A DNA stretch of 64,000 bases. It comes from an uncultured virus (IMG/VR IMGVR_UViG_3300034520_000374) (lineage: Duplodnaviria > Heunggongvirae > Uroviricota > Caudoviricetes). Location: IMG/VR virus record IMGVR_UViG_3300034520_000374. The stretch is one strand, 5' to 3'. The position numbers were made by a program, and so were the translations under genes. Positions 1 to 9,601 of this stretch are shown here, in pieces. Positions within the stretch are counted from its first letter, which is position 1. The number at the start of each line of letters is the position of its first letter. Under the pieces are notes generated by a model. The model saw nothing but the letters and a program-made list of their open reading frames with translations. It was not told the origin of the DNA and did no database searches.

Positions 1-729
1 AAGAACTTTGATGCAGGAATCCCGCGAGAATGGATGGTCAGGTTTACTTGCAGGGCTCTTAACGTCCAGCCAGCAGATGGTTCCGAAATCATCTTCGAGG
101 ACACCAGGAACATTAGTCCAGAAATTAGGGCTTACATCAACGCCGCTTATAACGAATACTTGACCGAAGGGGTAGGTCGGGACGATAGCGGTAAGCTCCA
201 GTTCGGTTACGGTCAGACAGTCACAAGAGCTCAGCTTGCTACAATGGCATTAAGGATTAAAGCCTATAAAGAGGACAAAGAAACATATAAGCAGTCCCGT
301 GCAATAGCTCGAAATGCGGCGGAGTTTGAGTGGAAGAAACAGCATAATAATAGCGGTAGCAGCAGTAGTAGTGGGAGCAGTGGAAGCGGTCAGCAACAGC
401 AGTGCGTTTACTGGAACGGGTATAAGTTCCCAGTTGGGTCGGTGTTTTACAATATGAACGCGAAGGAGCACCCTGAGGGTGTTGATTTCTTTGTGATGAT
501 ACAGTTTATAACTAGACCGCAAGAATTTGATGAGGTATACAATATCATGGCCAGCAAACTCGACCCAGCAACAGTTAAAAAGGCTATAGACTACGCTAGG
601 ACGAAGACCGATGAAAATAAGGAGCTACCAGACAAAATATTTAAGACACCAGACGGTTACGAGATATGGGTGTGGAGCGAAGCTTTTGAAAATGTAACAT
701 CAATTACTGTATATAAACCTGGAAAATAA
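1..729 (+). CDS. S-layer homology (SLH) domain surface protein, 5'-truncated by the window
   Basis: Frame is open from base 1 (KNFDAGIPREWM). Contains SLH-like FEDT...YINAAY...G...FGYGQTVTRAQLATM, then a Ser/Gly linker and a C-terminal domain. Confidence 0.75.
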   Translation, partial: KNFDAGIPREWMVRFTCRALNVQPADGSEIIFEDTRNISPEIRAYINAAYNEYLTEGVGRDDSGKLQFGYGQTVTRAQLATMALRIKAYKEDKETYKQSRAIARNAAEFEWKKQHNNSGSSSSSGSSGSGQQQQCVYWNGYKFPVGSVFYNMNAKEHPEGVDFFVMIQFITRPQEFDEVYNIMASKLDPATVKKAIDYARTKTDENKELPDKIFKTPDGYEIWVWSEAFENVTSITVYKPGK

Positions 730-745
730 GGACGGTGGTACTTAA

Positions 746-3700
746 ATGAAAGGGTTTAAGTTCAAGAAAGTTCTGAGCATGATAATAACAATAAGTTTAC
801 TTGTAGGGTTATTCCCAGCTAGTTCTCTAGCCTCTGGAATAAGTGGCGGAGATGTTATTAAAGGCACTAACGTTAGAATTGACCCCGATACAACTGTAAA
901 CGTAACAGAGTTTCTGAAGAAGATGAACAATGAGTTGGTAGAGATATACGGTATAGACTCTAAAGACCTAAAATTTCCTGAAGCAATAGCAGATGGAAAA
1001 TATAAAGCACGTATTTACAAAGTAAGAGGTTTATCGGAAGGCAAATGGACAGATTATGGTTACATCTTTGCATATGGTGCACCCTATGGAGACACTGCGA
1101 AGATTAATTACGACGGGGAGTTAGTAATCGTAAGTCGGTATATAGGTAGAGCGGGATATACACCCGATGACCCTGGTTCTGAATTTACAAACATAGCATT
1201 TCCTTATGACACAAAAGTTACTTGGACATTCCCAGACCTGCTTGAAGATGGAAAGGCTAAATCACCAATGATACCATGGCCTTGGGAAAATCGTAAGGCT
1301 CAGCAAGAAATTTATAGTCAGTTAGGTCAAAAAATAAATAAGAAAGCCGATAACATATTCTACAGGCAGGGCTCCGAAGCTCAGAAGAAAATCATCGACC
1401 AAATCAAACTCGGCATCCAACTCGTCCATCCAGAGCTTGTAGGCGACCCAGCGAAATTCAATCAAATCCCTTGGGAAAAATACGTTCACATCTATCAACC
1501 TCCAACCTACACCGCCTGGGGAATGGGTTGCATTTGGCATAAGGACAATAGTGATGGGCAGATATGGTATAAAACCATACCAATTGCACCTTACCAGTTG
1601 GTTGAGTCCAAATACGGTATAATTACCCTAGGTTTCCTTGATGATGGCAAGGTAGGTACTATAGATATACTTGAGTCGGTAGATAGCAAGAACCAGGAAA
1701 GGCTGTTAAAAACAATCAGTGAGGATGTAGTAGTACAGTTGTCGAGTTTCTGGGAGCAATTTTACAGGTACATGGTCTCCAATTATGGTAAGGACCCATA
1801 CAATGCAAGCGACGAGGAATTTGACAATGCATTCGATGAGTTCTACGATTCATACTCCGAAAAGGACGCATTAACTACAGCATATGACCTATTCAATCAG
1901 ATATTTGGCGGAACTATAGTGGACGACCTCGTGTTCAAGTATGGCATTATTTTGGGTGTGCTAAAGGCTATAAGCCCAAATGGGCAACTCAGCGAGGACG
2001 CGCTGTACTTGGCGAAAATTTACGAGAGGGACATATTTATATCTACGGCACAGTTATTGAGCTCAATGTCGGAAGACGAGCTGCGCAACGTGCTAAATTT
2101 ACTTGGGCCAAACTTAAATATACTTTATAAAGACCCAGATGTGCTGTATAAGGGAACAAAGGCAAGGATAAAGGACGTATACTATTCATTGTCCATTGAC
2201 CGTGTGGACAGGGATACCAACTTAAGTGAGGCACTCAAGTCACAGGTAGGTATAGCTAATGAGATAGCTGACAGGATGCTTGGAGCTGACGACTTAGGGC
2301 TTGTATTTTATTCGACTGCCGATTTGGGAATTGAGAAAGGCAGCAAGATTCCTAAGTCATACTTTAGGAACTTGGCTAACCTTTATGTTAAAGACGTCAT
2401 AGGTGAGATGTCTAATGCGGACGTAGGGCTTGACTCCGGTAAAAAGGAACTGACCATAGGAAGTGCACGCAGGGTAGCGGAGAAGTGGGCAGACAGCAAT
2501 TGGAGTCCTAAGGCACTAGAAGATTTGAATAACTTGCAGCTATACAGCATAGCATACAATACAGGGTTAACGTACGGCTTTTACGACAAGAACAAAGGTG
2601 CCTTTAAGACAATTGTAGCTAACGAAAGTGCAATAAGCGAAACATTTGCCAAGTTAGCAGGAATGGTAGCAAGCTTTGGTACGTCCGTAAGGACTTATAA
2701 GGTACAAAAAGAAGACGGTAGTTACGATACACTTAAATTTATACCTTTGAAAAATAAAGTTGGCTCGATAAGATGGTATAATGATGACTTACTTTACGGG
2801 TACAACATCAATAGGGATTTGTTAGCGAACTTCGGATTTGATGGGTTCTTAGATGCTCCTTATATAGATACATCCAATTCGGATATATTAACAAGCATGG
2901 CGCTCGCTGAGACAGCTTCCAGAACAAGAGTGAACATTAATGAGGATTACAATAGTGGCACAATGGATATAAGCGGTACAATTGCCATAACAATGGTTGG
3001 ATTGCATAAGGCGGTCCCTGTTGACTTCTATGTAGTGAGTAAAGACAGTAGTGGTAAGGCATTTATACTTTCTAAAGCTGAGAAGTACACCTATGCAGTA
3101 CCGCAGTTTATCAAGGGTGTAACTCTATTACCTGAGGTCAGCATCACGAATCCGTTAACCAAACTTCCGATGTCTGTAAAGATAACCGGAGCAACAATTA
3201 AACCTGCAAGCATAGATATAAAGACTTTCTTAAGCAAGCTGGACAGTGCTGAGGCTGCCGGTACTGACTTCATAGACGTTGGAAACAACAGGACATACAT
3301 TAAGAAGGCTCCATTCAGTGGCAAGGCTCAGCTTACAGATGTTATGACTGGGGTAGCCATTGAGCAAGACGTTAAAGATAAGCTGCTGTTCTCATTGACA
3401 AACGATGATGCTGCCGCTTACAAGCAGAACGAGCAGAACAGACCAGCCATAGTAGTATATGTTGAACCGGGAGAAGCTAAAGGAGTAGTCGAGGTAGACG
3501 TTTTCGAGGATGCTAACGGGAATACAGTGTCAGTGAACTTTAAGAATCCTGTTGTGAATGACGGTAAAGTCGTATTAAGCCAGGTAAAAGACGCAAGCCT
3601 GCTTGAGTGGAGGCTTTCTAATGAAGCAGTAGAACCTTTCGATGAGACAATCACATGGGATAAAGTCAAGAGCGTAAGGGCTATATCTTCAGGCGGACCT

Positions 3701-5680
3701 AACGATACACCTGTTATAAAAGATATGAATGGCGTGTACATTATATATGTAAGGTACAAGTACAATTTGAAGGACGTCAATATAACCGGAGATTTAGTGC
3801 TGTCACAAAAGAGGATAACAAAGGTATTTAATCTGTCACAACTTGGTCCTTTGCCGAATTTGACATTCACTTATCCTACTGCTGAACGGCATAGGCTTGA
3901 AGATGTGGATAGGAGCAGGACCGTAGACAGTAGTTACAAATACGTTATAGGCTACAGCAATAACCTAAACGGGTTGGCAGTGGCACTAAAAGGAGATAAG
4001 TTTACGCCAAGGTTTAACGGTACAAATATTAAGGTAGGCACAGCTAAATGGAACGGTGGCGCAAGTAGCATAACACCTAATCTGTATTTCATGGTATGGC
4101 GCGGAAAGGACATGCCTACATTAGCTTCCTATAAAGAACCTGCTAATCATCCATTATTGGCCTTGGGATTGAAGCGCGGGCACGTGCCTCAGAATGACAG
4201 GAACTCAGCAGGAGGGTATCAGGACAGCCTAACATCAGACTCCAATCCTTTGGTGCTGGATAAGTCAGGCAGTGGAGATTACAGCACAACATTCGCTTGT
4301 TTGAAGTGCGGGGACAGCAGGACGCAGACACACCAGCTAATAAATAAAGCAGATTATAAAGTAACAGTAGGCATACAATCATTTATAGGAAGCCCGAATA
4401 CAGGTAACGCTGTACCTGAAGACAGCACAGGTGGATTTACCGCATGTGGTGTAACCTTCAACAAGGCAGCCGGGTTCGCGATACCTCATAGCACAATGAT
4501 TAAATTCTATCCGTATGTACAGATGGGATATGACGTATTCAATGAGTCTGGAGATAATGCAGGTTATACTACAATGGGTGTAGACGTGCTAGCCCAGCAC
4601 GTATCAGCCATAAAAGTCAACGATTACGTTGAGGTAGGCTGGTACAACCCGAATCCGTCAATGAGCTTAACCATTAATTCAAATCAGTGGTCAACTTATG
4701 TGAGAGCTGTGCAGGCATTCGGCAAGAACAGTGTTTTACCAGGAGGAGCCTTATACAGTTTGACTACAAGCAATAGCCCAACCAAGGTAGGCGTAAGGAC
4801 GTGGCAGGTATACGTGCCCGATGGACTGAGGGTGTATCTAGTAGAAGGACAGGAGTTTAGTTATGACAGAGCGTCAAAGGCAGACAATGACTTTGCGGCT
4901 CAAGTGAAGAACACGTTAGATACATTGGACGTGGTTCAATACGTAAGTAACAATCCAAAAGCCGATAACGCCTTTGGTGGAGTAGAGTTACTTGCCAAAG
5001 GTGGACAAAACGTTTACGGGAACATCACATCAAGCTACGATAAGTACTGGCTGCGTAGGGGCACAAATCAGAACAGCACCTATGCTAACGAGGCTGACCT
5101 AGATATACTTGACGAAGACAAGTCGGTAATATTCTACAGGGTAAGGTCGGATACGAACGGTAACGTTTACGTGGAAAAGAGCACTGACTGGGGCAATAGC
5201 TGGGCTACTTTGGATACGCTTAGTAAGACAGAGGGAATTGGGTCATTAACCAGTGCAGAAGCCAAAGGCGTAGACGCTAGGACGAAGCTCATTACAAACT
5301 TTGTAGCAGCACTCGATAGGAATAAAGGTAACGACCCATCAGTTTCCAATGGGCCTGGCTGGTACAATGAGGCATGGGATGGAATCTACATCATGAGAGT
5401 GGACCGGGTATTCACAATAGGTTTCGGGTCACCGAAAGTGAGAAGTGTTGCACTTGACCCGAAATTAACACCACCTTCGGCAGGTATAGGAGATATCTTT
5501 ACAAGATACTATCTGAGCCAATTCAAGGTTAACGAGAAGTCCTACATTAGGGCAGATAAACCTAACGGATACCTTGGTTCATTCGGAGGAAGAAATGTTA
5601 TACTGCCTGGCATGGATATGATGTTCATGAGCAGGAAGTTCTTGATACCTAACGCTACCGTAATGGACCTTAAGTATTAA
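746..5680 (+). CDS. 1644-aa exported surface protein with an N-terminal Athe_2463-like domain
   Basis: Signal peptide MKGFKFKKVLSMIITISLLVGLFPASSLA. Motifs YGAPYG..RYIG..FTNIAFPYD and WEKYVHIYQPPTYTAWGMG resemble that family (from recall). Confidence 0.6.
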   Translation: MKGFKFKKVLSMIITISLLVGLFPASSLASGISGGDVIKGTNVRIDPDTTVNVTEFLKKMNNELVEIYGIDSKDLKFPEAIADGKYKARIYKVRGLSEGKWTDYGYIFAYGAPYGDTAKINYDGELVIVSRYIGRAGYTPDDPGSEFTNIAFPYDTKVTWTFPDLLEDGKAKSPMIPWPWENRKAQQEIYSQLGQKINKKADNIFYRQGSEAQKKIIDQIKLGIQLVHPELVGDPAKFNQIPWEKYVHIYQPPTYTAWGMGCIWHKDNSDGQIWYKTIPIAPYQLVESKYGIITLGFLDDGKVGTIDILESVDSKNQERLLKTISEDVVVQLSSFWEQFYRYMVSNYGKDPYNASDEEFDNAFDEFYDSYSEKDALTTAYDLFNQIFGGTIVDDLVFKYGIILGVLKAISPNGQLSEDALYLAKIYERDIFISTAQLLSSMSEDELRNVLNLLGPNLNILYKDPDVLYKGTKARIKDVYYSLSIDRVDRDTNLSEALKSQVGIANEIADRMLGADDLGLVFYSTADLGIEKGSKIPKSYFRNLANLYVKDVIGEMSNADVGLDSGKKELTIGSARRVAEKWADSNWSPKALEDLNNLQLYSIAYNTGLTYGFYDKNKGAFKTIVANESAISETFAKLAGMVASFGTSVRTYKVQKEDGSYDTLKFIPLKNKVGSIRWYNDDLLYGYNINRDLLANFGFDGFLDAPYIDTSNSDILTSMALAETASRTRVNINEDYNSGTMDISGTIAITMVGLHKAVPVDFYVVSKDSSGKAFILSKAEKYTYAVPQFIKGVTLLPEVSITNPLTKLPMSVKITGATIKPASIDIKTFLSKLDSAEAAGTDFIDVGNNRTYIKKAPFSGKAQLTDVMTGVAIEQDVKDKLLFSLTNDDAAAYKQNEQNRPAIVVYVEPGEAKGVVEVDVFEDANGNTVSVNFKNPVVNDGKVVLSQVKDASLLEWRLSNEAVEPFDETITWDKVKSVRAISSGGPNDTPVIKDMNGVYIIYVRYKYNLKDVNITGDLVLSQKRITKVFNLSQLGPLPNLTFTYPTAERHRLEDVDRSRTVDSSYKYVIGYSNNLNGLAVALKGDKFTPRFNGTNIKVGTAKWNGGASSITPNLYFMVWRGKDMPTLASYKEPANHPLLALGLKRGHVPQNDRNSAGGYQDSLTSDSNPLVLDKSGSGDYSTTFACLKCGDSRTQTHQLINKADYKVTVGIQSFIGSPNTGNAVPEDSTGGFTACGVTFNKAAGFAIPHSTMIKFYPYVQMGYDVFNESGDNAGYTTMGVDVLAQHVSAIKVNDYVEVGWYNPNPSMSLTINSNQWSTYVRAVQAFGKNSVLPGGALYSLTTSNSPTKVGVRTWQVYVPDGLRVYLVEGQEFSYDRASKADNDFAAQVKNTLDTLDVVQYVSNNPKADNAFGGVELLAKGGQNVYGNITSSYDKYWLRRGTNQNSTYANEADLDILDEDKSVIFYRVRSDTNGNVYVEKSTDWGNSWATLDTLSKTEGIGSLTSAEAKGVDARTKLITNFVAALDRNKGNDPSVSNGPGWYNEAWDGIYIMRVDRVFTIGFGSPKVRSVALDPKLTPPSAGIGDIFTRYYLSQFKVNEKSYIRADKPNGYLGSFGGRNVILPGMDMMFMSRKFLIPNATVMDLKY

Positions 5681-5694
5681 GCAAGACATAGCAC

Positions 5695-5728
5695 AAAAAT
5701 AAAGCGGGCGTAAGCCCGCTTTATTTTT
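5695..5728 (+). terminator. Intrinsic terminator (bidirectional-type)
   Basis: AAAAATAAAGCGGGC-GTAA-GCCCGCTTTATTTTT, a perfect stem just after the stop codon. Confidence 0.9.
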
Positions 5729-5750
5729 ATAAGGGGGTTGTAAAGTGTCC

Positions 5751-6224
5751 ATGAAGTTCAATTTGAGGACACATTATCTGATACTTGAACATCTGGCAAA
5801 AAATACATGGGTTTCCGTATGTGTGCTGCGAGGCTACAATGACGGTTGGCGGATGGCTTAAAAATACACGGAAGTAAAGGCTGTGAATGGCGTATACAAC
5901 ATGGACAACCTTCAAAATATAAATGATTATCTAACGATACCAGAGCATTGGTAGCTGGAGTTACCTGACGGAACTATAGTCGACTACACTTACCCGCGGT
6001 TTCACTGGGATTATAGCTTCATAAACAACACAACGAGTGTTGATTTCATATATTACGTGATGTCTAGCAGCAATAGAATTACACCTATCGTTAAAAAGGG
6101 AGCATACATTTACGAAAAGTTCATTCCACTTTCTTATAATGATGCGTTGGATGAATATGTGGAAAGCAAGCAGGAGCAAAAATTTGAGGACTTATCTAAA
6201 AAGAGTAGTACGAGAGATATATAA
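5751..6224 (+). pseudogene. Decayed papain/transglutaminase-like gene
   Basis: GFPYVCCE lies in one frame, followed by a frameshift in the A-run at about 5860. The next frame reads EHW*LELPDGTIVDYT with in-frame TAG at 5952-5954 and stays open to TAA 6222-6224. Confidence 0.55.
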
Positions 6225-6369
6225 TGTGAACACATAGTGAATACACTTAGGATTATTCTTACTGCATTCCGCATCGGCGTTGATGTATGAAGTGGTGAAA
6301 TAAAATAATCGGGAAGTATAAGCTATATGGTAATACGACAGGTGCATGCAGTGGGGCTTTATATCAACT

Positions 6370-6379
6370 ATATAGTGTA
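6370..6379 (+). promoter_or_regulatory. ATATAGTGTA upstream motif, copy 1
   Basis: The same 10-mer occurs at 11913 and 39417. All three copies are intergenic and upstream of genes. Confidence 0.45.
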
Positions 6380-6397
6380 AGGAAAGGAGATGTCAGT

Positions 6398-6760
6398 ATG
6401 CAACAGTATTTGACTTTTATCACTAAGCATAAGCCTACGAACGGTCAGGTTGCAACAGCAAGGCAAATGGGGTTTGCAGGTATCAACGTAAAGACAATTG
6501 AGTTTGGGGGTAACCCTGTGGAGCAGCTGGTAGCAGTCGGAATTTATCCAGGCAGCACGATAGCTGTTGTGGCTCCGCTGTTTGTGTCATTAATGCTACT
6601 GAGGGCCGGGTACACTATAGTTGATTTCGTAAATGAGCCATCGGCAAGACAGCGGGGGGTGTTCGTATGCAGAGGGGCTTGGGTGCACACGCTTCAAGAA
6701 TCCGCATTCGTGCCTTGTCCTATTCCTCTTGAGGCACAAGAAGAAAGTGCTCTTGCATAG
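6398..6760 (+). CDS. Small alpha/beta protein, possibly Csx15/Csx20-like (CARF-related)
   Basis: AAGGAGA RBS and N-terminal FITKHKPTNGQV..AR.MG pattern. The family call is tentative. Confidence 0.5.
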   Translation: MQQYLTFITKHKPTNGQVATARQMGFAGINVKTIEFGGNPVEQLVAVGIYPGSTIAVVAPLFVSLMLLRAGYTIVDFVNEPSARQRGVFVCRGAWVHTLQESAFVPCPIPLEAQEESALA

Positions 6761-6838
6761 GTTGGTGATTGGCTTGCAGTTAAGCATAAAGGCCGAGACA
6801 AAGACAATATGCATCGCACCGGAAAGGAGGGAGGTGTC

Positions 6839-8182
6839 GTGCAGGGGAAAGATGAAAAGGAGCTAAGAAGATTGAAGTTCTACAAGGATTTAATTAGGCA
6901 CAAGCTGGAGGCCATAAAGGACATTATAGGTGATTTGAAATACCGAGTATATCTAGGGGTAGTCGAGGAATGTAACGATTACAATGAGTTACGCGAGATG
7001 GCCGAACTAGATATGCATATAGAATTTGTCGAGTATGTTAAAAAGCATATACTTGATAAATTAAACGAAGACGAAGTAAGTATAGATGACCTACGCGAGT
7101 ATTACTATGGAGAGCCTGTGGAGAGCAGTGAGGCCGAGGTGGTCTTCAGCAACATTGCTGAGGCTGACGATAGCTTTATAGCATTAATGGCTATGGCATT
7201 AAATAATAGGTTAATACATGATGAAGAAATAGATGAACCTGAAGAAATCGAGCTTGACGATAGTGAGTCGGATGATGAGTCTGAGTTTGACCTATTCGAT
7301 GGCTCAGAAGAACAGGAGCAGGACGAGCAAGACTCAGAATTTGACGATGAAAGCCTCTACGGGGAAGAGGAAGAGCTTGAGGAAGATAGCGACGTCGAGC
7401 TAGACGAGGAAAGTTTATATGGAGACGAAATAGAAGAACCTGAAGAAGCCGACGAGGAACTCGAAGAAGCCTTAGAAGAACCCGACGAAGCCTTAGAGGA
7501 GCCTGAAGAAGCATTAGAGGAGACCGAAGAAGCCTTAGAGGAGCCTGAAGAAGCCGAGTTCGAGCTTGAGGAAGCAGATGATGAACCTGAGATAAATGAG
7601 GACGACTTCTTCGTAGATAGCGACGAACTTGAAGAAGATGAAGTGGACAATACAGATGTGGAAATAGACGAGAGCGATTTCTTTGTTGACGGTGATGAGG
7701 AAGATGACGACACAGAGGATACTTCAGATGAGCCTGAAATAGACGTGGATGAGGACGAGTTCTTCGTTGACGGCGATGATGAAGTTGACGACTCTGAGGA
7801 AGAAGATGAGGGCATTAGTGAAGAGGATTTCTTTGTAGATGGAGATGACAACATAGAGGAAGATGTAGAAGAACCTGTGGATGATGAGATAGACGAGAAC
7901 GATTTCTTTGTGGACTCTGATGAGGAAGAAGATGACGAAGGAATAGATGTAGACACACTATTTGGAGATGAGGGTAGTAGTGGAGGATTATTTGTACCTC
8001 CAGTAGCTAAAAAGCCTCAATCTCAGCAAGGCGGAAGTACACGGCCTAAAACTGAGGCTAAGTCTGCTAATACCGTCTTCAAAGACCCAAGAGCGCAATC
8101 TGTGCTTGACTTTATGCACAGAGGATTAAGCGGAGTAATAGGTCCAAAGAAGCGAAATCCGAATAAAGGTAAAACACGGTGA
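6839..8182 (+). CDS. Extremely acidic low-complexity protein
   Basis: GGAGG RBS before GTG 6839. D/E-rich central region with repeats and a basic C-terminal tail. Confidence 0.8.
   Translation: MQGKDEKELRRLKFYKDLIRHKLEAIKDIIGDLKYRVYLGVVEECNDYNELREMAELDMHIEFVEYVKKHILDKLNEDEVSIDDLREYYYGEPVESSEAEVVFSNIAEADDSFIALMAMALNNRLIHDEEIDEPEEIELDDSESDDESEFDLFDGSEEQEQDEQDSEFDDESLYGEEEELEEDSDVELDEESLYGDEIEEPEEADEELEEALEEPDEALEEPEEALEETEEALEEPEEAEFELEEADDEPEINEDDFFVDSDELEEDEVDNTDVEIDESDFFVDGDEEDDDTEDTSDEPEIDVDEDEFFVDGDDEVDDSEEEDEGISEEDFFVDGDDNIEEDVEEPVDDEIDENDFFVDSDEEEDDEGIDVDTLFGDEGSSGGLFVPPVAKKPQSQQGGSTRPKTEAKSANTVFKDPRAQSVLDFMHRGLSGVIGPKKRNPNKGKTR
7463..7555 (+). repeat. 21-bp coding tandem repeat (EEALEEP), about 4.4 copies
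   Basis: GAAGAAGCCTTAGA(A/G)GA(A/G)CC(C/T)-like units at 7463, 7484, 7505 and 7526. Confidence 0.85.
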
Positions 8183-8188
8183 TAATAT

Positions 8189-8713
8189 ATGGGGGCATTA
8201 TCGGTAAAGCTAGAGATACTTAAGAATGTACCTTTGAACTGTGGCGAGGTAACTATACGTAAGTTCAAGCTCAAAGACATTATAGGCTACTATAACCTCG
8301 TCTCGGACGAAAGGGTTTACAAGTTTCTCAGGAGTAGAAATCTCAGGAGTTACCCGGCAGTGGAGACTTTTTTATTGAGCATAATAAACGATTACAGTTT
8401 AGCTGCAGAGACCAGATTCGCGGTAGTCCTGAACAGTACAGATGAAATAGTTGGGGCAATATCAATGTATATAGACAAGAGGGATAGGGGAGTAGAACTA
8501 GGGTATTGGATTGGATATCCTTACTGGAATAGGGGTTACATGACGAGCGTAATAAACGCGTCAGTTAGCATGCTTGAGAAAATAAATGATGTTGACTTTG
8601 TGTATGCGAAAATACACAAGGAAAATAAAAGCTCGTTGAGGGTTGTTGAAAAGGCAGGTTTTAAGCTAGAAAAACTTGAAGGAGATATAATGACCTTTAG
8701 GAAAGAATTGTAG
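8189..8713 (+). CDS. GNAT N-acetyltransferase, RimJ/RimL family
   Basis: VELGYWIGYPYWNRGYMT and N.SSLRVVEKAGF motifs. Confidence 0.9.
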   Translation: MGALSVKLEILKNVPLNCGEVTIRKFKLKDIIGYYNLVSDERVYKFLRSRNLRSYPAVETFLLSIINDYSLAAETRFAVVLNSTDEIVGAISMYIDKRDRGVELGYWIGYPYWNRGYMTSVINASVSMLEKINDVDFVYAKIHKENKSSLRVVEKAGFKLEKLEGDIMTFRKEL

Positions 8714-8782
8714 GCAGACGATTTAAGCTCAAGAGTATATCAGGTAGATAATGTATAATTGATGAACAAAGGAGGGGTCAAA

Positions 8783-9055
8783 ATGCCGTTTGACTATTTG
8801 GATGTACCCCAGCAGGTGGTTAAGGCTATCAAGGAAGAAGCCAGGAAGGTAGGCAACGGTTACAAGGTTATACTCATATCGAGATACAGTGCTCATCCTG
8901 GAGACAGTCATTTGTACATGGTGTTGGCTTTTGGGGGCCCTACACAATCTTATGTAACATGGCTGTATAATGCTAGCATAGGCGGTCTTGGGTATGGGCA
9001 TTACGATATGGACTTCAAGACAGCCTTGTTCGATTTTGTGAACAGGTTAGGATAG
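8783..9055 (+). CDS. Hypothetical mobile-element protein
   Basis: GGAGG RBS and YVTWLYN...GYGHY motif. Confidence 0.7.
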   Translation: MPFDYLDVPQQVVKAIKEEARKVGNGYKVILISRYSAHPGDSHLYMVLAFGGPTQSYVTWLYNASIGGLGYGHYDMDFKTALFDFVNRLG

Positions 9056-9069
9056 CGGGAGGTACTTAT

Positions 9070-9573
9070 ATGGTGGTTGTTCTCATATCTGGATATGCAA
9101 CAAGTGGTAAAGATACTTTTTCAGACTTTGTTATAAAGCATTTACCGTGCGCCAAGAAGTTCCCTTTCGCCTATGAGCTAAAGGAGATAGCATCTAAATA
9201 CTTTGGATGGGACGGTAATAAGGACGAGAAAGGGCGTAATTTATTAATAGGAATAGGCAGTGTGGGTAGGGCTTACAATCCATACATCTGGGTGGACAAG
9301 ACAATAAAAAGAATAAAATCCGAAAGCCCAGCAGTAGCCATAGTCAGCGACTGGAGGTTCAAGAACGAGTTTATCAGGATGACAGAGGTCTTCGGGAGGG
9401 GTAGTGTAATAACAGTCAGAATAAAAAGGAACGTTGGAAGAATATTAGACGATATATCAGAACATGACCTAGACGACTTCACGGATTACGACTACATAGT
9501 AGATAATAACGGCACACTTGAGGGTTTAGAAGGAGCAGCAAGGGATTTTATAGGTAGGCTGCTGTTGGTGTAG
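9070..9573 (+). CDS. Phage-type deoxynucleoside monophosphate kinase
   Basis: P-loop SGYATSGKDT, FAYELK, SDWRFKNE, SEHDLD and IVDNNGT motifs. Confidence 0.8.
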   Translation: MVVVLISGYATSGKDTFSDFVIKHLPCAKKFPFAYELKEIASKYFGWDGNKDEKGRNLLIGIGSVGRAYNPYIWVDKTIKRIKSESPAVAIVSDWRFKNEFIRMTEVFGRGSVITVRIKRNVGRILDDISEHDLDDFTDYDYIVDNNGTLEGLEGAARDFIGRLLLV

Positions 9574-9601
9574 CAAGCAGCATGATACGGGAGTGGGGCG
9601 A

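Noticed and set aside
1361..1540. Possible DGR variable region
   Set aside because: No template repeat or reverse transcriptase was seen in the window, and constant positions are not depleted of A.
5952..5954. Stop-codon reassignment suggested by the in-frame TAG
   Set aside because: TAG ends many normal genes here, no suppressor tRNA is present, and the same locus also has frameshifts.
7463..7555. Possible CRISPR array (also 36060-36180)
   Set aside because: These are contiguous in-frame coding repeats without spacers.
7357..7956. Ser-rich minus-strand ORF and the other short minus-strand ORFs
   Set aside because: These are shadows of + strand genes (GAA/GAT runs read as Ser). They show no recognisable motifs.
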